DNA of 64,000 bases, taken from contig CAXHJY010000353.1 in assembly GCA_964016885.1 (NCBI GenBank), positions 62,001 to 126,000 on the forward strand, given 5' to 3'. Position 1 is the stretch's first letter. Each line of letters opens with the position of its first letter. The position numbers and the translations under genes are program-made. This document shows, in pieces, positions 58,379-64,000 of the stretch. This DNA comes from Eledone cirrhosa. Lineage: Eukaryota. The notes below the pieces were generated by a model. That model did no database searches. It saw only the letters and a list, made by a program, of their open reading frames with translations, and was not told the DNA's origin.

Positions 58379-61300
58379 AAAATGGCGACCGTTGTGGTCA
58401 GTGTCCGATAATCGGACGTGTGTAATTACGGCTTACATGAAGGCAACATACCATATATTGGAAAAAGTTGAGCTACATTACGCGGTAAGATTACATACAA
58501 TAATTCTACATAAGTGTTTGAACTGTAAGTGTGTTGTAAAACACCTATTTATATGAACGATACATACACTTTAACATATAAATGCAACGTTGTTATATTA
58601 CATTTATAAAGAAATATACAAGTAACGTTTTCGATTCAGAAACAAAAATATAAGTGTTTGAACTGTGAATATGTTGTGAATAGGTTGTAGATCACCTATT
58701 TATATGAATGATACATAAACTTTAACATATAAATACAGCGTTGTTATATTATATTACATTCATAAAGGAATATACTAAGTAACGGTTCTTTTTGTTCTCG
58801 ATTCAAACGATTCAAGAGCAACGTTTAAAACACAGTTGTAGAATTAAAAACTAACTGAAAAGAAATATTACTCAAGCTGTGAATAACTTTAAATTTGATT
58901 CTGACAGAACTTTGTCGTAACTTTTAAAGAAGATCATCGACTATTTTGAAAAATAAATACGAAATATTAGTCAATAGACGAACTCATCATGGCAAAAAGT
59001 ACAAGACTCCTTCGACCAAATCGCAATTACAACCGTTGTACACAGTGGAGCTACGAGCTTAACAAAGTATTATATGAAGCATACAAACAATCTGAACCCC
59101 AAAAGTTCGGTTTTATGCAAAGGCTAAAAACTTTATGGAACTCCAAACACCCAGAATTAGACTTTTCTCCAAAGCATTTAAATGAACAGGCAAAACGTAT
59201 CATTAGATGTAAATTGATACATCTAACGGAATCGAGTGATACTACAAATACAGCCCTTGTAGACAACCACCCCACCTCCACTGGCAGACAAAGAGAATGG
59301 CCAGCTAAATCTAACAGTGAACAGCTCACCAACAATTTTGCTGAAATTCATCCCACTTCCACTGAAGAACAACGAGAAAGGTCAGCTGACTCTAGTAGTA
59401 ATTGTCACCACATCAACAACGAGGCTGAAATTCATGACTCTACTGAACAAACAGAGCACCAAAAACTTGTGGGCTCCCTACAAGTGATATGGAATGATAT
59501 GTTTCAAGAGATACACAGCCTTAATGTGAGTGACAGACCATACAACACTAGAGTCAGTAAAGAACCCACTAAATTGGAATTGGAAGCGGTGAACGAAATA
59601 GCTGGCAATTATCTGAAGGCTATACGATCTAAAGGTGTAGAAACGACATTTGAAACGCTTAATGTTTTGTTATATGTTTCAGCTGTCACATTGCTATCAT
59701 ATAACACACATCTAAAACCAAGCAATCAAGATACAAACAGAAAGCCTGAACCAGCGTGGGGGCGAAATTTAAAAACCAAAATTTTGTCCCTGAGACGAAG
59801 TATCTCACACATCGCAGTCGTTATGAAATGCAACATAGAGAGCAACTTCACACAGCACCAGGAAGACCTAAAGAAAAAGTTAGAGAGAAGATTTGGAGAT
59901 ACAAAATTTAAAACTTTGAACTCCAAATTACACCAGTTGAAACAACAACTCACAGCTACAACAGAAAGACTAAAATATAAGTCAACAGCACATAAACGAC
60001 AAGTGCTAAATAGATTGTTTGCCAGAGATCCTAAATCAGTTTATCGCAGCTTCGGTGGCAAAAGCTCAATCTCTGTAAATGACACCCCTTCAAAAGAACA
60101 GGTTGAGAGCTACTGGAGATCTGTATGGGAAACGGATGACGGATTCAACAGACAAGCTAATTGGCTAAAAGAACTGGAACAGGACTACTGCCAACATGTC
60201 CAGACAAAACAATATGACATAGATGGGTCAATACTGGAAACAACTCTACAGAAAATGTCGAATAGGAAATCGCCAGGCCCAGACCTCATTACAGGATACT
60301 GGTTGAAGAATTTCACTTTCTATCGGCAAGATCTCATACGGCTGTTTACAGAAACCATTAAGGGCACACAAGAACTGCCCAGATGGTTATCAACTACCTC
60401 TACTCTCCTCATTCCCAAAAATAGCCAAACCACCCTTGCTAAAAATTACCGCCCAATTGCCTGCCAAAACATCATGTATAAATTATATACTGGGTGCCTT
60501 AATCTGTTCTTACAGGATCACTGTGCTACCAACAACATCATAACACCTGAGCAAGCTGGTGGAAAGAGGGAGGTGTGGGGTTGCATAGATCACCTACTAA
60601 CTAACAAAATGATTCAGGAAAAAACAACAAAGAATCGCAGAAACATGACTGTCGTGTGGCTGGACTATCAAAAAGCATTTGATAGTGTACCTCATGGGTG
60701 GATTGTTAAGGCTTTACAGTTAGCTAAAGTCCCACAACCATTGGTAGCTGCTGGTACACCAGTTTGATCCTTAGAGGTGAGAAGGAGCAGGTTAGGACTG
60801 ATAAGATACATTACCAGAAGGGCATCTTTCAGGGTGATAGCTTGTCAGTGCTACTCTTCGTTCTCTCACTGAATCCACTATCTTACCTACTCAGGAAACA
60901 AGGTGGACAAAGAAGTGGGACCAGAAGTATCTCCCATCTTTTCTTTGTTGATGACCTGAAGTTGTATGGGCCAAATATCAATGACATCAAGAAACAATTG
61001 GACTTCATTACACAATTTTCAACCGACATCAAAATGAAATTTGGTGAGTCCAAGTGTGCATATTTGGCAGTAAAACGTGGAAGAGCTGTGCCCTCCTCTA
61101 GAAATCTAGAGATGAACGGCCTGACAATACAACCTCTGCAGTCAGGTGACAACTACAGATATCTTGGACAGGATGAGAATGTCAGATATGATGGACCCAT
61201 AAATAAGGAGAGAACCAGAACTGAATACCTCAGAAGAGTAAAGAAAATATGGTCATCAGAACTGTCAGCATACAACAAATACATTGCCCACAATACTTAT

Positions 61301-62558
61301 GCTGTGCCAATTCTAACGCCAACATTTGGCCTACTGAACTGGTCATTGCAAGAACTAAGTGAGATGGATGTTAGAACTCGAAAACTTCTCAGTGTTACTG
61401 GGAACTTTAACATCAATGGTGATGTGGATAGGCTATACTTCTCACGCAAGGAAGGTGGCCGGGGTCTAAAATCAATATTAACAACATATGAGACCCGGAT
61501 AGTGACACTGAAGCAACACCTTCAACAGAGGAAAAAGGTTGGCAACCATCTTGCCCAGGTTTATGACCATGAAAAAAGAAATATCATTAGAATAGCGACT
61601 GATCTGGAGGAGAGATATGGAATAAAGCCTGATATAAATCTCTCACCCAGAGAAATCGGAAGATCCTATTCAATGTTCAAACAAGATAAAAAAATTGACC
61701 AATTTACAAAAAAAGTTGTGCATGGATACTTGAGGCGTAAAACACAGACCATAGAGGGGATAAACCACTCAAAAAGCCTGGCATGGAGTTCCGACAAGTT
61801 TATGACATCACACCTTGAGGGATATCTCTATGCAATACAGGAACAAGAACTCCCTACCAAATATCTGCTGCACAAAAGAGGAGGGCCAGCAGCTGACAAT
61901 AAATGTAGGCTATGTAAAACAAAGATCGAGGATGTAAGCCACATTGTTGCCAGCTGCGAAAGAATGTCATCTCGCTACTACCTCCCCATGAGACACGATG
62001 GGATAGCTAGAACCATCTGGAACGCACTTCGGAAAACAAAATTAACAACAAACGAGGAAGAATATATTGAGACAGATGGCACTAAGGAATACTGGTGGAA
62101 CCTGAAATTAAAAACTGCCACCAAATTAAAGCACAACCGGCCTGATATTGTAGTTTGGGACCACCCATTGAAAACGTGTTCTGTTGTGGAGATCAGCTGC
62201 CCACTTGATGTAAACGTTGTCAGAAAAATACGGGAGAAGGAGGACATCTACGGACCATTGATGAGGAGCTTACAAATCCAGTATCCAAGATACACCTTTA
62301 GCTTCATACCCATCATTATTGGTGCTACGGGTTATATACCAACCCGCTTGGACCAAAGTATGACCGAACTTGGATTTGCGGACAAAAAGCGCAGCTCCCT
62401 AATTCATAGTCTACAAATGGCTGCGATAGCTGGCACCTTCAAAATATGCAAAATATTCTTGCGATTCAAGGGATGACAATTTCTTTTCTTTTACAACCTT
62501 GCCACCAGGAAGGTGGCCGGTCAAAAAAATATACTCGAAATTAAGAGAAAGAGAAAAC
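58379..62558 (+). mobile_element. Near full-length R4/Dong-clade RLE non-LTR retrotransposon
   Basis: ~610-bp 5'UTR, single interrupted ORF and ~80-bp 3'UTR, with microsatellite on both sides. Confidence 0.9.
58989..62476 (+). pseudogene. Retrotransposon polyprotein (Myb-like N-terminus, RT, CCHC knuckle, RLE), frameshifted at ~60751
   Basis: KSPGPD, NYRPIAC, WLDYQKAFDSVPH, GIFQGDSLS, HLFFVDDLKLY, CRLCKTKIEDVSHIVASC, RHD, NRPDIVVWD..VVEISCP...KEDIY. The two ORFs join at LVAA|WYTSLILRG. Confidence 0.92.
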
Positions 62559-62574
62559 ATATATATATACATAC

Positions 62575-62605
<31 letters not shown>

Positions 62606-63706
62606 CATACATATATATATACATACATATATATATACATACATATATGCATACATATATATATACATACATATATGCAGACATATATAGATACATACAT
62701 ATATGCATACATATATACATACATATATATATATACATACATATATGCATACATATATACATACATATATATATATACATACATATATATATATACATAC
62801 ATATATATATATACATACATATATATATATACATACATATATATATATATAGCATACATATATATATACATACATATATATATATAGTTACATATATATA
62901 TTATATATACATACATAATATATAGTTACATACATATATATATATATACATACATATATATATATATACATACATATATATATACATACATTATATATAT
63001 ATATACAGACATACATATATATATATATACAGACCTACATATATACATACATATATATATATACAGACATACATATATACATACATATATATATATACAG
63101 ACATACATATATACATACATATATATATATATACAGACATACATATATACATACATACATATATACATACATATTATAGTATACATACATATATAGATAC
63201 ATACATATATATATACATACATATATATATACATATATATATACATATATACATACATATATGCATACATATATATATACATACATATATATATATATAC
63301 ATATATATATACATACATACATACATATATATACATATATATATATATACATATATATATACATACATATATATATACATATATATATATATACATATAT
63401 ATATACATACATATATATATACATACATATATATATATACATATATATATATACATATATATATATACATATATATATACATACATACATATATATATAT
63501 ATACATATATATATACATACATATATACATACATACATATATATATATGCATATATATATACATACATATATATATACATACATATATATATATACATAC
63601 ATATATATATACATACATATATATATATATACATATATATATATACATACATACATATATATACATATATATATACATACATACATATATAAATATATAT
63701 ACATAC

Positions 63707-63743
<37 letters not shown>

Positions 63744-63781
63744 CATATATACATACATATATATATATATACATATATACT

Positions 63782-63813
<32 letters not shown>

Positions 63814-64000
63814 CATATATATATACATATATATATACATACATATATATATACATATATATATACATACATACATATATATATATACATATATATATAC
63901 ATACATATATATATACATATATATATACATACATATATATATACATACATACATATATATATACATATATATATACATACATACATATATATATACATAT
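62559..64000. repeat. Compound (TA)n/(TACA)n microsatellite array; left counterpart at 58045-58378
   Basis: Direct inspection. Confidence 0.97.

Overview
AT-rich, microsatellite-saturated eukaryotic DNA. The SINE repertoire and the (TA)n/(TACA)n/(CA)n load point to an octopod cephalopod (inference). No host protein-coding exon could be supported, and nearly all ORF-track entries are translated microsatellites. The window holds: (1) a near full-length R4/Dong-clade non-LTR retrotransposon (58379-62558; RT, CCHC knuckle, RLE endonuclease, one frameshifting deletion) inside a TA/TACA array; (2) about 20 copies of a tRNA-derived SINE, plus other SINEs; (3) RTE, CR1-like and CRE LINE fragments; (4) Tc1/mariner, piggyBac-type and Helitron-type non-autonomous elements. 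The main hidden signal is non-coding. About a dozen minimal type-I hammerhead ribozyme (HHR) motifs from at least 7 unrelated sequence families sit in 150-800 bp elements inserted into (TA)n tracts. They have palindromic stem III, often integrate as fold-back palindromes, and many share a subterminal RAGYRCTCT motif. This fits Penelope-like element (PLE) pseudo-LTRs or retrozyme-like mini-elements, and a PLE GIY-YIG endonuclease remnant lies at 16342-16762. Everything was read by eye; no folding or database searches were run.
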